Positions 13,042 to 25,948 of a DNA stretch of 64,000 nucleotides are shown in pieces; the first letter of the stretch is position 1, and each line of letters starts with the position of its first letter. The stretch covers positions 1,076,297 to 1,140,296 of the forward strand of contig CM074819.1 of NCBI GenBank assembly GCA_037447605.1, given 5' to 3'. A model generated the notes under the pieces. The model worked only from the letters and a program-made list of their open reading frames with translations, was not told the origin of the DNA and did not search any database. Both the position numbers and the translations under genes were made by a program. Origin of the DNA: Zygnema circumcarinatum SAG 698-1b. Lineage: Eukaryota; Plantae; Zygnematophyceae.

Positions 13042-16000
13042 TCACGAGCGGAGGTCTTTGGACATGGCTGAAGGGATCCCATGTTGAGCCAAAATCTCAG
13101 CCGTCGATCTCCTCGCCTTTTCGGTTTCAACGACCATGATCTGCTTTGTCAACAAGAAGCAAAATACCCACAATTAGAACAGAAAACAGTTTCTTTATTC
13201 TTTTCCACTCTTTCATTGACTAAAAGAATCAGAATGGTTAGCTGCTGCTTATCGTAAAAGCAACACATCCTCCTCCTTCTGGAGAGTCTCTGAGTGTTAG
13301 AAAAACCTACTGTATGCATACACCCTACAGAACTTTGCTGAATGCCAAACATTCATCATGCATGCAGCTCGTTAAACACATGCAGAAAGCCATTCACAAT
13401 CCCCAAAATGATAGAATCGCGGAATGAAGGGCTCCATAACATATTGACATCCACCAAATGGATCAAATGGATGGACCACTCCAACGAGAGATCGACAAAA
13501 TGGGTGAAACCACACGACCAGCACATGAATTCCACCTGACGACTATCAAACGTGAAGGAAATGACACGAGAGAGAGGAGGGAGAAAGAGAGGAGGAAAAA
13601 ACGAAGAGAGAGGAGGAGAAAACGAGGAGGAGAGAGGAGATAGCAGGGGGAAGAGAGAGAGAAAGGCGGAGAGAGACAGGGAAGAGGGAAGGAGGTGGGA
13701 TGGAGAANNNNNNNNNNNNNNNNNNNNNNNNNNNNNNNNNNNNNNNNNNNNNNNNNNNNNNNNNNNNNNNNNNNNNNNNNNNNNNNNNNNNNNNNNNNNN
13801 NNNNNNNNNNNNNNNNNNNNNNNNNNNNNNNNNNAGAGTACGCTGAAACAAAACTGCGAATTTTTCCGTAGCAACGTTTGATTTATGCGAAATTCCTTAA
13901 TTGAGATCCCCTATGTCAGCCTATATACATCAAAATCTCTGCCCAGAATCTGTTTCTGCACCTCTTCAGCTTCATTTTACGAGCACCAAAAAGGCTAAAT
14001 AGCTGACCTGAGAAATGACAACAACCTCTTCTTCCTCCTCCTGAGCCATCGAATGCATGAGCTTATCCAGCAGCTTTACTGGAGCATCAAAGTCGTAGTC
14101 CTTTCCATACTGCAATAGTCACATTCCACGTAATAAACATCAGCTTTATCATCATCCTGCTGAGCATTACATAAAAGCCTACTACTGTATGTATACACCC
14201 TACAAAACATAAAAACTTCTTGTCAGAAAGAAACATCATCTGAAGTGAAGTCGACTTCAAGCATACGTTGTATACAGCCCACATAGCAACCAAATTCTGA
14301 TTCTATTCTTTAGGATATTCCTCAACCCCACCTAGTTGACATTGCAGGTTGACATCCCCTGCTTACCTCAGATCGCAAATAGGGTACAGTCACAGCCGTG
14401 AGTAGAATTCCAGCCACAATGTAATAGCTAGGGGCACGCCCCTCAATGTGTACCGGCACAAGCTTCCGCGGAGGGCGGAGTTCCACTATTACCTCCACCA
14501 GCTTTCCCCCTCTAAGCACTCCCAATCTCGCTTCTTCACCACTATACTTTTGGCTAACCAAATAGCTGAACCCAATGCGCTCGCCATGGCGGAACGGAAC
14601 TGCATTGCACGTACTTCAGTTTTAGGGTTTTGTACTGCAAATGGGAACATGTTTTAGTCCTAGAATCTGCAGTTTGCTACACTTGTTTTCTAATCCCCTT
14701 ATTGTAGGAGCATGCAAAGTTTATGTTTTTTCCATACTTTTCAAGTTTTTAAAATCGAGGGTCTGAGGGTTTTTCAGGATTGCGGGTCATCTCACACATA
14801 ATGTTTGTTTTTTTTTTTTTTTTCTTTGATTCCGTTCATACCTGTTCCGTCGTTGGCAATTTGAACCCCATCAAAGCTGACAACAATGTCGGAAGATTCC
14901 AAAACATTTGCCGCAGGAGCAGTCGGTTCGATTCGTCGAACCCGGACGCCTTTTTGACCCGCCGCCATTCCAAAGGCTCTCCGAAGATCAGGACTTTCCA
15001 TTTTCTGCCACTCCCACCCAAGAGAGGGGAAACCTGCTCACACAAGCAAGGAAACATGCTCAAATTGATTCAATTCTGGGTCAGCTGTTGAATGAATGAT
15101 TAAACAACACACAATTCGCATCTTGTAAACCTACCCCTCTTCTAGGACTACTACTAATATATGAAGAGGGGAAGATACGTTTTCTAAAGCATTGTACCTG
15201 CAACCCCACAATAACTGAAAAGCCTGAACTCGGAATTCTTCTACGACCCAAAATCCCTATGTTCTGAGAGACCCAAATTTGAATATCTCTAAGTCACAGT
15301 CTGCATTCGCATTCCCAGTAGACCTCTGCCCTCTTCACCCTCCTCACCTGTGTATTTTTTATGTCGATCAAAGTCCCGAATGAAGTGCAGAATGACCGGC
15401 GTTGGAATTATATAGCCGATGTTTTCCGTGTCTTCATTTTTCAAGGACTGGAATGCAATTCCAACACATTGACTCTCACTGTTGAACGCGGGCCCTCCGG
15501 AGTTTCCCGAGTTGATCGCCGCATCAATCTGCATTCCCAGCATCAAAGCGAGATAGAAGGAAAAATGTGTATGAATATATGAATAGATTGATTGGACGAG
15601 TGTATGGAGAAAGTATGGGTGTACACACACCATACATTCATTGAATCCTCATTTAAAGATCGACTGCCTCTGAGCCATTTTACACTCATTTTAAGTAGTA
15701 TACTGAACTCGCCTGCACTCCCAAGAGCTCGCATGCTCCGTGATTGTATGATGTAACTTCTATCCGAGATACCACCCCACTTGTGACAGAAATGGTGTCT
15801 CCTCCAATGGGGTATCCTGCCACAGTGACTCCGTCCTGAAGGCGAGGGAGAGGGCCAAGCTCCAAAGGCTCCACTCCTTCCCAAAAGGATTCGTCTTCCA
15901 CAGTAAGCATTGCTGCATCCCCCCTTTATACTCCCCTTTAATTATTCCTGCTACAGATAGAGCATACGTAGAGCATCTTCAAGCTTCAGCTAGTTTGTTT

Positions 16001-18146
16001 CATGAGTGTGTCCATATCCTAATGACCAACGGCTTTGCAGCAAGAATGCAGGTTACAAAGATTAACTGTACCAAGGGATTGTGTGTGAATGCCTTTCACT
16101 GTCGGCACTGCAACTTCGGTTCTTGCTAGGCAGAGGAAGGGTTCTGTACCTAAAGTATAGTCATGATGTCATGTAGTTTTTCCTTACATATTCTGCCATG
16201 GCTTTTTCTATGGTAAAGTGGTGCTCACCGATATCACACTCCGTGCCTACAGCGAGTACAGTGGCCAAAAACTTGACATCCGATCCGCGTTTTTTCACCT
16301 TCACCATTGTGTAATGCTCCACAGAGTGTGCATTTGTAAGCACTCGGCGGCCCGCAGTCATAAATCCGCTGCTGCTTGAGCTGCATTTGCACCAATTTAA
16401 ATCACAATTCAGAGTTTACGGCAGCACATAATCGGCAACAAGAATGAAGGCGTTTAAGTCTCCACATTTCTCCCATGCTGCACAAAAGACTCAGATTGAC
16501 TGCTTCCATTCTGATTTACAAGTGAATAGTTTCATGGATATTCACGTGGGTTTCTAAGACACGTACAACTACAGTGAGCAAGTTGTACAAAAGAGTCCTC
16601 TGCCTTCTTGAATAGTGCATGAAATGTGGGACTATATCGCACACCTGACTTGTCGTTTTTTTTGCCACGGGAGTGAAAAATTTGGTTCAGTGTGTACGCA
16701 AAAAACTTTGACTACCGCATCCATTAACGTATTAGCTCTGTCATCCTCCGCTATGTCATCTCCCAAAATTGCCGGAGGAGCGAGCTCATCTACAGATACG
16801 AAAAGTGCATTTCCTATCGGAGTAACTGGCGGTGATTTCGATCGAGGAGGCCTTCCTCTCCGTTTCACCTCCGTTTTCTCCGACGATCCTACGCCCAAAC
16901 TCTTTTGAGGAGGAGACCCAACTGTAGGAGGAGATCCTAAAATCTTGGCAGATGCCCCTGCCCCCCTCCCCTTTCCAGCAGTCCCCCATTTCCCCCCTCC
17001 CTTTCCTCTCTTAGCTGGTCTACCTCTCCTCTTTGGTGCCCCTACTAGTGATCCTTGAACTGATGGCGCGATTCCTTCTTCTCCCTTTTCTCCCTCTCCT
17101 GCGTTATCTTCCTCCACATCATCCTCTCTTTCTTTCTCCATTCTCCCGTCTGACCCACTAGCTTTTGCTGCTAAAACTTCAGCTGCAGCTGCAGCTGCAG
17201 CTGCTTCAGCTACAGCCTCCGCTACCTCTGCTGTAGCGCCTTCCGCAGCATCCTCAGCAAGAGCAGCTGCAACAGTATCAACCCCATCCTCCCCTTCCAA
17301 GTCATGTGATTGCTCGTCTCCCGCACGCCTCCCTCCCTTATTATCTCCTCCTACTTGTGCCTCTCCATTCCCTCGACTCATGTTCGACCTCCTCCTGCTT
17401 GCAAACCCTCCGTAGACGATATCTTCGGGTTCCGCCGTCTCCTCATCTCCTTCCACACCATCATCATTTTCCTCCCTCTCCCCCCCTTCATCCTCTTCCT
17501 TCCTCTTCCTTTTCCCCCCCCCATTCCTCACAGCCCCCGATTCATCCGCCATAGAACCTCCTCTCCCACCTCTCACCTTCCCTTCCTTTCCCTTCCCCTC
17601 TTCATCTTCCCCAGAATCCGACCTTGCAGCATTTTCTGAAGGAGGCTCCTTCTCTGCATCCATAGAGACCTCTGCAGCGTCCGCCATAGGCGACCCGGGC
17701 TGGCTCCAGGACCGCCCTCTGCTTGCCACGTGTCCTGCTCCTGGAGAACGAGAGTGCCCGCTACCGCTTCGAAACCCCGCGGCTCGAAATGCCCCTCCCT
17801 TCTGTATTGCAGTGCGAGGCTGTGCTACTCTTACGAAGCCTCCTTTCAGGGGATTAGAACTCGGGTTAGGGTTAGAATTAGGATTAGGATTAAGGTTAGG
17901 ATTAGGATTAGGGTTAGAATTAGAGGCAGAATTAGGGTTAGGATTAGGATTAGGGTTAGGGTTTCCTGAAGATGATCGCGCGGCTTTCGCCTGCGGAGGA
18001 GGAGAGCTGACAGCTGGCGCCGATGAGGGCAGCGGAGATGCGGAGGAGCCGCCAGGTGGCTCTTCCTCACTGGAGGAATCGTTCTCAAATTTCGTCTTTT
18101 TTGGCAACCTCCCGCGGCGCTTTGGCTGCTCGGAAGCGTCCGCCAT
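13042..18146 (-). CDS. DEG9: Deg/HtrA serine protease, Deg9-like (trypsin + PDZ domains) with long low-complexity N-terminal extension; probably missing exon(s) in the N gap 13708-13834
   Basis: [21 protein letters not shown]; catalytic triad motifs [22 protein letters not shown]; [14 protein letters not shown]; last exon 13140-13042 reads [32 protein letters not shown]. Confidence 0.9.
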
Positions 18147-18715
18147 GGCGGCCTGCTGCTGCTGCTGCGCCTGCTTGCTTGTGAGCTGAATGACAGCTTC
18201 AAACCCTAAAATTCGAACCCTAATATCTTAAAAAGCATCGAATAAGACGTAGGGATTGACGAATTGAAGTGAAAGATGCAAAAGAAAAGAAAATGTTTTG
18301 AAGAATAAATTGAGAAAATTTTCAGACCATATGCCGTCTTGGCTGCCCTTCAGAGAGAAAGGAAGGAGAGAAGCTGGGGAGTTGGCCACTTTCCGGGCCT
18401 TCCCTCCGCTGTGAACTTCGCTCCAACATTAGCCAATGGAAACCTGCCACGTGTGCACAATGTACACGTGACGAGCACCTATTGGCTGTACTCGACACGT
18501 ACTAAAGTAGTTTCTATGTTCTTTTTCAATGGTGGGAAAGTACACCCTTTTAAGACAAGCGAATTGTACGTTGCCACGTGTCTACATTGCTTACGTGACT
18601 GACAATGATTGGTCGACTCACTTCTATAGAGAGTTCGGCCCACTATGGAGCGCCTCCGCCGCTTCTGTCCCTTACTGACTCCCCGCGTGCCTTCTCCCCT
18701 CCATCCTCTCGCAGC

Positions 18716-18784
<69 letters not shown>

Positions 18785-18832
18785 TTCTCTCCCTTGCATC
18801 GTCCTCTCTCCCTTTCCTCCTCCCTCTCTCCC

Positions 18833-18867
<35 letters not shown>

Positions 18868-18882
18868 TTCTTTTTGAAGGAG
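18147..18882. promoter_or_regulatory. Divergent DEG9/Notchless promoter with telo-box (AAACCCTA ~18201), three G-boxes and CCAAT-N9-CCACG elements
   Basis: Genes are head to head. CACGTG at 18448, 18465 and 18575; exact composite element at 18433-18451; one-mismatch copies at 18467-18485 and 18594-18612; CT microsatellite at ~18720-18865. Confidence 0.6.
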
Positions 18883-20958
18883 ATGGTAGCCAACAATGTG
18901 ATCTGCCAGCTGGCAGATCCTGAAGGGCGCCCTCTCGCAGCGCCGCTCGACATCCCGCAGGACGCGGGGACGCGCGAGCTCGAAACGCTGCTCAATTCGC
19001 TTCTTCAGAACGTAATTCTTCTCACATTGGGACTTTCCACGATGATTATAATTTGTTAATGATTTGTTTCCATCAATCATTCAATCAAATCATTCTGAAT
19101 TCAATAGCTAATGAATAATTCAACAGTTTTCTTTGGGGTTTACTGTAGCACCTTCATGTGGGTCTCTCAATACGTGATGAGTGAATGGAGCAGACAAGGA
19201 GGTTTCAAAGCTTTAGGCTTTATTTTTGCCTTGTCAAAACAAACGACTAGCACAGAAACTGAAATTGTACAAGAGCCTCCTTTTTACTTAATCAATTAAG
19301 TTACAGCCTCCTTTTTAGTTAATCAATTAAGTTAAGTTCACTTCACTCTAATTAAACCAACCTTGAAAGCCGGAGATCTTAGCCTTCTCAGTAATTTAAT
19401 ATTTAATTCATGTTTTCTTCTTTGAAAGGTCTTTCTCTTGTACACCATTCCCAAAGCCTGCTTGTCTTCTTTGTGCATTTTTTGCTTATCTTACTCTCGT
19501 ATTTATCATATGTTTTCCGAGGGGCGAGAGAAGATTCCGTATGTAGCCTTGGGTTTACTTTCTTACTTATTTTCATATTACTCAATGGAGCAGGACGAGA
19601 AGATTCCGTATGCATTTTACATCGATGATCGGGAGCTCTCCAGCCCCCTTGGAGAGCACCTCCTGCTTCACAACGGTTAGAAGCACAACTTGTGGGGAAC
19701 AGCTTTTTATGCACAGAAGCACAACTTGTAGGTATTGTCTTTTACGTTGGGATGATTCAGCCATTTATACGTGCAAAAGAGTCTAAATGTCTCTGTGCTC
19801 ACCGCATGTTCCAAATGTGCTCCTTTCTGTTTGGCTTACATAGGAAAAGAGTCAAAAGACGAACATAGGAATACTGTGTGTGTGAGTGGGAAAGTGAGAG
19901 GAGAGTGAGGAAGATAGTCAAAAGACGAACAGAGGAATACTGTGTGTGCGTGAGATGGAGAGAGGGAGAGAGTGAGAGCGAGGAGTGAGGAAGATAGTCA
20001 GGAGACGAACAGAGGAATACAGTGTGTGTGTGTGTGAGAGAGAGAGAGAAAGAGAGAGAGAGGAATGTGAGAGGGAGGAGTGCTAGTGGGCAGGGCAGGG
20101 AGAGGGGTAGGGAATGGACGAGGAAGTAGACAGGTAAGTTGCAGAAACTCGTGGAGTTAAAGCCCTCATGCGGAATTCTTTTTCGATCGCTTTTTCAGTT
20201 TCTGTTGAGCGGCTCCTTCAGATCGTGTGTCAGCCTCAAGCAGTGTTCCGCATTCGGCCGGTCACTCGCTGCTCCGCTACAATCCCAGGTCCACTTTCCA
20301 TGTTAAACTTCACATGTTTCCTGGAGAAGAAAATAATTAAAGAAAAGGAAATGAACTGGGACTTTCATAAGGATGACAGCTGTATCTGAACTTCTCCATT
20401 CAACAATCCGTTTTTGGAATGAAACTCATAATGTTCATCAGCTCAGATGAAAATCTTCCTTGTGATTAATGTGCTGGGACCTTAGATTCTTTCACCCATA
20501 CTTTGAAATTCACTCATTGTTCATTGTTTTTCTTGTCGCGAATGTGAGAGAGAGCAGGGCATGCAGAGGCAGTGCTTGCGGTTGCCTTCAGTCCGGACTC
20601 TCGCCAGCTGGCAAGCGGCTCTGGCGATACGACTGTTCGGTTTTGGGATATATCGACACAGACTCCTCACTTTACCTGCACAGGTCAACTCACAGGAGTC
20701 CTTAGTTTGTTCCATCTGCTTTGCGGATTGAAAGAGAGTGAGAGAGAGAGAGAGAGCGAGAGAGAGAGAGCGAGAGAGAGAGAGAGAGAGAGAAAAAGAG
20801 AGAAGAGAGAGGGAGGGGGAGGGAAGGAGAGGAAGAGGAAGAGGGAGAGGGAGAGGGAGCGGGAGAGGGTGAAGGAGAGGGAGAGAGGGAGAGGGAGAGG
20901 GGAGAGAGGGGAGAGATGGGAGGGAAAGAGGGAGGGGAGGGAGTGGAGGGAGGGGAGA

Positions 20959-21028
<70 letters not shown>

Positions 21029-22762
21029 AATAAATAGCTGCAAATGGTTGTCCTGCTACCCGTCTGACATTGCTTTAGTCCAATGACTGACTGACTTGGT
21101 CCTGAGTCCTGACTGCCTCCCTTCGATAAAGTCACTTCCATGCAGGTCACGGCAACTGGGTGTTGACCATCGCTTGGTCGCCCGACGGAGTGCAGTTGGC
21201 GAGCGGAGGCATGGACGGCGATGTGCGCGTATGGGACCCTGTAAAGGGGCAGACCGCCGGGCCGCCGCTCAAGGTCAAACAAGGCATCATCCATCATCCA
21301 TCATGAGTTCGTTTAAGCAGAAGCAGAAGTCAAAATATGTCGCATCATTCTGCTTTTTCCAATCGTTTCATGTGGTAGTCAGTCAGTCAGTCAGTTAGGA
21401 GAGTTGTCTAATCAAACCTAATGTACCCTTAGTCAGCTAATAAGGCAGTTAGTTAGTTGGTCAGTTAGTTAGTTCTCTCGTAAGTTAGTTAGTCAGTTAG
21501 TTAGTTAGTTCTTCGTAAGTTCATTAGTTAGTTAGTTAGTTAGCTAGTTGGTTAGTTGGTTAGTCAGTTGGTTAGTCAGTTGGTTGGTCAATCCATCCCT
21601 TTGACAAGTAGACATGCAGAGGCTCGAACTGAGAGAATTACAGAGAGACTGTTTTGCGGCCCGCGGTTTTAGAAAACGATTGAATTGTGGAGGTTGTTTT
21701 AAGTACTTAGAAAAGGTTTTTTTTTTTTTTTAAATTCTGCAGGGCCATAAAAAGTGGATTACTTCATTGGCTTGGGAGCCCGTCCACCTTGCAGCTCCCT
21801 GCAGGAGGCTGGCCAGCGCATCTCGAGATGGAGATATTCGAATTTGGGATACTTCATTAAGGAAAACAGTGATCAATCTGACGGGGCACACTCTCGCGGT
21901 GACATGTGTCAAGTGGGGAGGGGACGGACTCATCTACTCCTCGTGAGTGGTCCACCTGGCACTTCAGATTCCAGCTGGCACGCTGTCATTCGTCGAGACG
22001 GTTTTGGTCGGTGGAGTTAGCAGAGGGGAAGATGTTTTTTTTGGAGTTTGAGGGTTCAGAGCCGAAGGTTTAGTGCTTTTGTTGCATCTTTGGTTGTCTG
22101 TTTGGGCTTTGAAATTTTGGACCTCTTGTAAATTCAAGACTAAGAACTAAGCTAACTACTAACTAACTAACTAACTGACTAAGGTGGACGCTTTCTCCAC
22201 TTGCAGCTCGAGGGACTGTACCATCAAAGTGTGGGAAACAAGCCAAGGCAAACTCATTCGTGAACTCAAGGTGTGAAATTATCATATTACTCATAAAGAT
22301 ATCAATATCTACATCAATATCCTCCCTCGAAAGAAGCCCCATTTCCACCTTATTTCCTCATATCCTGACTCCTTGAATGCTTTTGAACGGCAGTTACAAC
22401 TGGTTGGGTTTAACTGCTATAGAAAGGTTCCAATCCCCATCTCTCGCTACTTGTACTGCTTCTCCTCAATGACTATAGACTGTAACTCAATCTGTGAATG
22501 AGCCACAAAAGTAGTTCAGCCGTGTAGAACTCATGTAGCTGGTATAAATATTGACTTATAGACTGATTTATATTCTGATTTATACATTGATTTATATAGC
22601 AATGTATGCATGTTCGCAGGGGCATGGGCACTGGGTAAATACATTGGCTCTAAGTACGGAGTTTGCTCTCCGAACCGGTCCCTTTGATCACAAGGGCAAA
22701 GCGCCGAGCGGGCCGGAAGCCATGAAACAAGTGAGTCTCTCTCTCTCTCTCTCTCTCTCCCC

Positions 22763-22814
<52 letters not shown>

Positions 22815-22816
22815 CC

Positions 22817-22884
<68 letters not shown>

Positions 22885-24954
22885 TCTCTCCTTGCTGCGC
22901 TTATTCTCAATCATTACATCTCAACGATGAAGGAACTTGCAATTTCCTCGAGTGAGAGAGGGATAGAATAACACAAACATAAAAACAGATTCTATATTTT
23001 AGACAAAATGGAGATTTTGTAATGTTTTTTCGTTGAGTTCGGGCGAGCCTTGCAGGCAGCCCTTGAGCGGTACAATGCGGCGAAGGGGGCGGGGGCGGAG
23101 AGACTTGTTTCGGGCTCGGACGACCACACCATGTTCTTGTGGGAGCCGGCAACAAGCAAACAGCCCAAAGCGAGGATGACGGGGCACCAGCAGGTAGAGA
23201 GAGAGAGAGAGGGAGNNNNNNNNNNGAGGGAGGGAGGGAGGGAGGGAGGGAGGGAGAGGGAGAGAGTGAGTGAGAGAGAAGGTTTGAAAATTTCTTGCTG
23301 AGCGTCTTCATTCTGCTTGAAAGAGGGAGAGAGAGAGAGAGAGAGGGAGAGAGGGAGAGAGAGAGAGAGAGAGAGGGAGAGAAAGAAAGAGAACGGGAGA
23401 GAGCAAAGGGGGGGAGGGGCCTGAAACCATAGCAGAAACAAGCACTGTTGTGAAGTTCATTTGACGCTTTTATAGCATTTTCTTTCATTTCATTGCATTT
23501 TTTTGCATTTTCCCATCACTATACTGCTCGTATTGTCCTTCGTTTCGATCCCGAGAGTCGATCGGTTCATGGATTCTGCCCTTATGCTAAGGTTGTGACA
23601 GCTGTCACGCATTCTGTGGTGGGTGACTAAACGGTGCAGCTGGTTAACCACGTGCTCTTTTCTCCCGATGGTCGGTGGATTGCTTCGGGGTCCTTTGACA
23701 AGTCGGTGAAGTTGTGGGATGGATTGTCGGGAAAGTTCTTGACATCCTTCCGGGGCCATGTTGGGCCGGTCTACCAAGTCAGGTTAACCATCTTCTTCAT
23801 TAACCATCCGTTTAGTTAGCCGTAGTTGGGGCTAACTTCACTTGTTGGAGAGGTTTCTAACTCATATGTAAGAGAGAGGGGTCGGAGAGGGGTTTACTGA
23901 GAGGGTGGATGTCTTAAGTTGACTCCATAACAAGTCAATACAGTTTTTTTTAACATCAGGTGATCTCGCTTTAGGGAGGTGGTAAGATAGAATCGTATGC
24001 ATAAATGAGAGGGTGTGTATTTTTTTTTTTTTTTCCCCATTTTCCTGCCTATTAATTGTCAATTGGGAGTGTTTTGACAGCTGGTCAGCGGATAGCCGCC
24101 TTCTCGTGAGCAGCAGCAAGGACAGCACTCTCAAGGTGGGTCGCATTGTCCTTAGAAAAAAATGACAACTTGCCTCCCTGCTCCTTCTGCTTGTTTGTTC
24201 TCCAATCTTTTTTCCTATCGATCGTTTTGTCAATTACATCAGCTCCCTCCAAAAACTTTCTCCCCTCCCTCCTCCCGCCTTCTTCCCCTTTTTTTCGCTC
24301 CTGCCCCCCCCTTCCCACTCCCCCCCCCCCCCCCCCTCCCCCCTTCCCCTCCTCCTAACTCCCTCCTACCCCCCACCCCCACCGCCCCCCTCCTCCCTCC
24401 CCTCTCCATCCTCTCCCATCTTTCCTGTCACTCCTCTTCCTCTTCTCCCTCCGCTCCCTCCCTCCTCCTTCCCTTCTCCTCCCTCCTGTGTGTCTTAAGT
24501 TATTCTCGAGTGATTGATGGGGCTCGTCCTAAATTGGCCGTGACAATACTGTTACGAAAAATATGTTGTGAAGGTGTGGGAAATACGGACACGGAAACTG
24601 AAGGAGGACCTTCCTGGTCATGCAGACGAGGTGTGAACTCCCTAACTTGCTACGCATTGCATGATGGCCTGTTACGCATTGCATGATGGCCTGTTGTCAG
24701 GACGAGATTTCATGCATTCAAAAACTGAGCTATTGATAGTTTAGCATGAACCCATATCTGACCCATTTATATCCATACTCTGGATGGCGCTTCTTCTACG
24801 TTTGCTTGTGACAATTGGTTTAATCTTTGGAACCCTGACCTTCATCTTGTCGGATGAGTGGTGGCGACAGGTGTTCGCTGTTGATTGGAGCCCCGACGGG
24901 CAAAAAGTGGCCTCTGGAGGAAAGGACCGAGTGCTCAAGCTATGGATGGGCTGA
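18883..24954 (+). CDS. NLE1: Notchless homolog (NLE domain + WD40 repeats; 60S ribosome biogenesis), multi-exon; start codon tentative
   Basis: EKIPYAFYI, QPQAVFRIRPVTRCSATIPG, WEPVHLAAPCRRLASAS, GHGHWVNTLALSTEFALRTGPFDH, RLVSGSDDHTMFLWEP, DLPGHADEVFAVDWSPDGQKVASGGKDRVLKLWMG*. Confidence 0.95.
19848..20035. repeat. Three imperfect tandem copies of a ~65-80 bp unit in a Notchless intron
   Basis: AGTCAAAAGACGAACA(G/T)AGGAATACTGTGTGTG recurs at ~19850, ~19916 and ~19996. Confidence 0.8.
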
Positions 24955-25948
24955 TGGAATGTACTGAGGTTGGATGCCACAGCTCCTAAATTTTTAAATG
25001 GAAACTCAACAAGCTGCTTCTCTTCTTGTAACCTTTATTTGAAATGAATGTCTGAACGACTGACGTAAAAACATAGCGTGACACAGAGACGAGCCTATTC
25101 CTAATGAAATGGGTAGACATAATCGTGAAGTTGAACCAAGAACCAAGGCAGTTCAAGTGATTGGGTAATGCTCAATCATGCCAAAATACAGGCACACTTT
25201 TATTGTTCCTGGAATTATAGCCATCGAGTTCCAGGAGATAGATGTACAATAGAACTTCAAAAGGACTATCTTAACGAAGAGAGATCTTTGGCAGTGTGTC
25301 GTTGGGTGACAAGATTGAAACAGCTCAGAAGCTTAAGTACGGTTTTACACAAAACCTTTGCTCGAAATGACCCGTTTCAGTGACCGAAAAATCTCTCCAT
25401 GAAGTGGATTCTCCGTGCTTCGTTCTCAATTTCAAACAGACCAATGAAATGCTGATGAGCAGCTAATGACAGACCGCCACGTGTAATCCTCCATATCCTT
25501 GACATTGTAATCTTTTTTTATTCTTTTAGTGTGACAGAAAACCATACTATAGAGGTTCTGAAGTAGCAGCATACGTAAGCCTCCAGATTGGGTAAGTCTG
25601 AAAACATATTCACCAACATCCTTGCCGTAACATCTGCAAGATTAACCGCAACGGACAAGGTGATTTGGCTTCTCGTTTGAAAACAGAGCATTACAAGAAA
25701 AAGACTATTGACAAGTCCAAATTGCCTACCTCAAAACATCAAAGGAAGATTTCAAAGATAGCCCCTTGCAACGGAAAAAAATCACTAATGTTCCTCTCTA
25801 CAAACTCGGATGAAACTAAGACCTAACGATTCTAGGGTTTCTCTATTCTCGCATATGCAGTGTTTCAGGCCTCACCTCCACAACATCTCCTTCAGTTTTA
25901 AAGAACGAGAGGAAGCTTCCAGATGAAGGGGAACTCCGTGTCCCCAAG

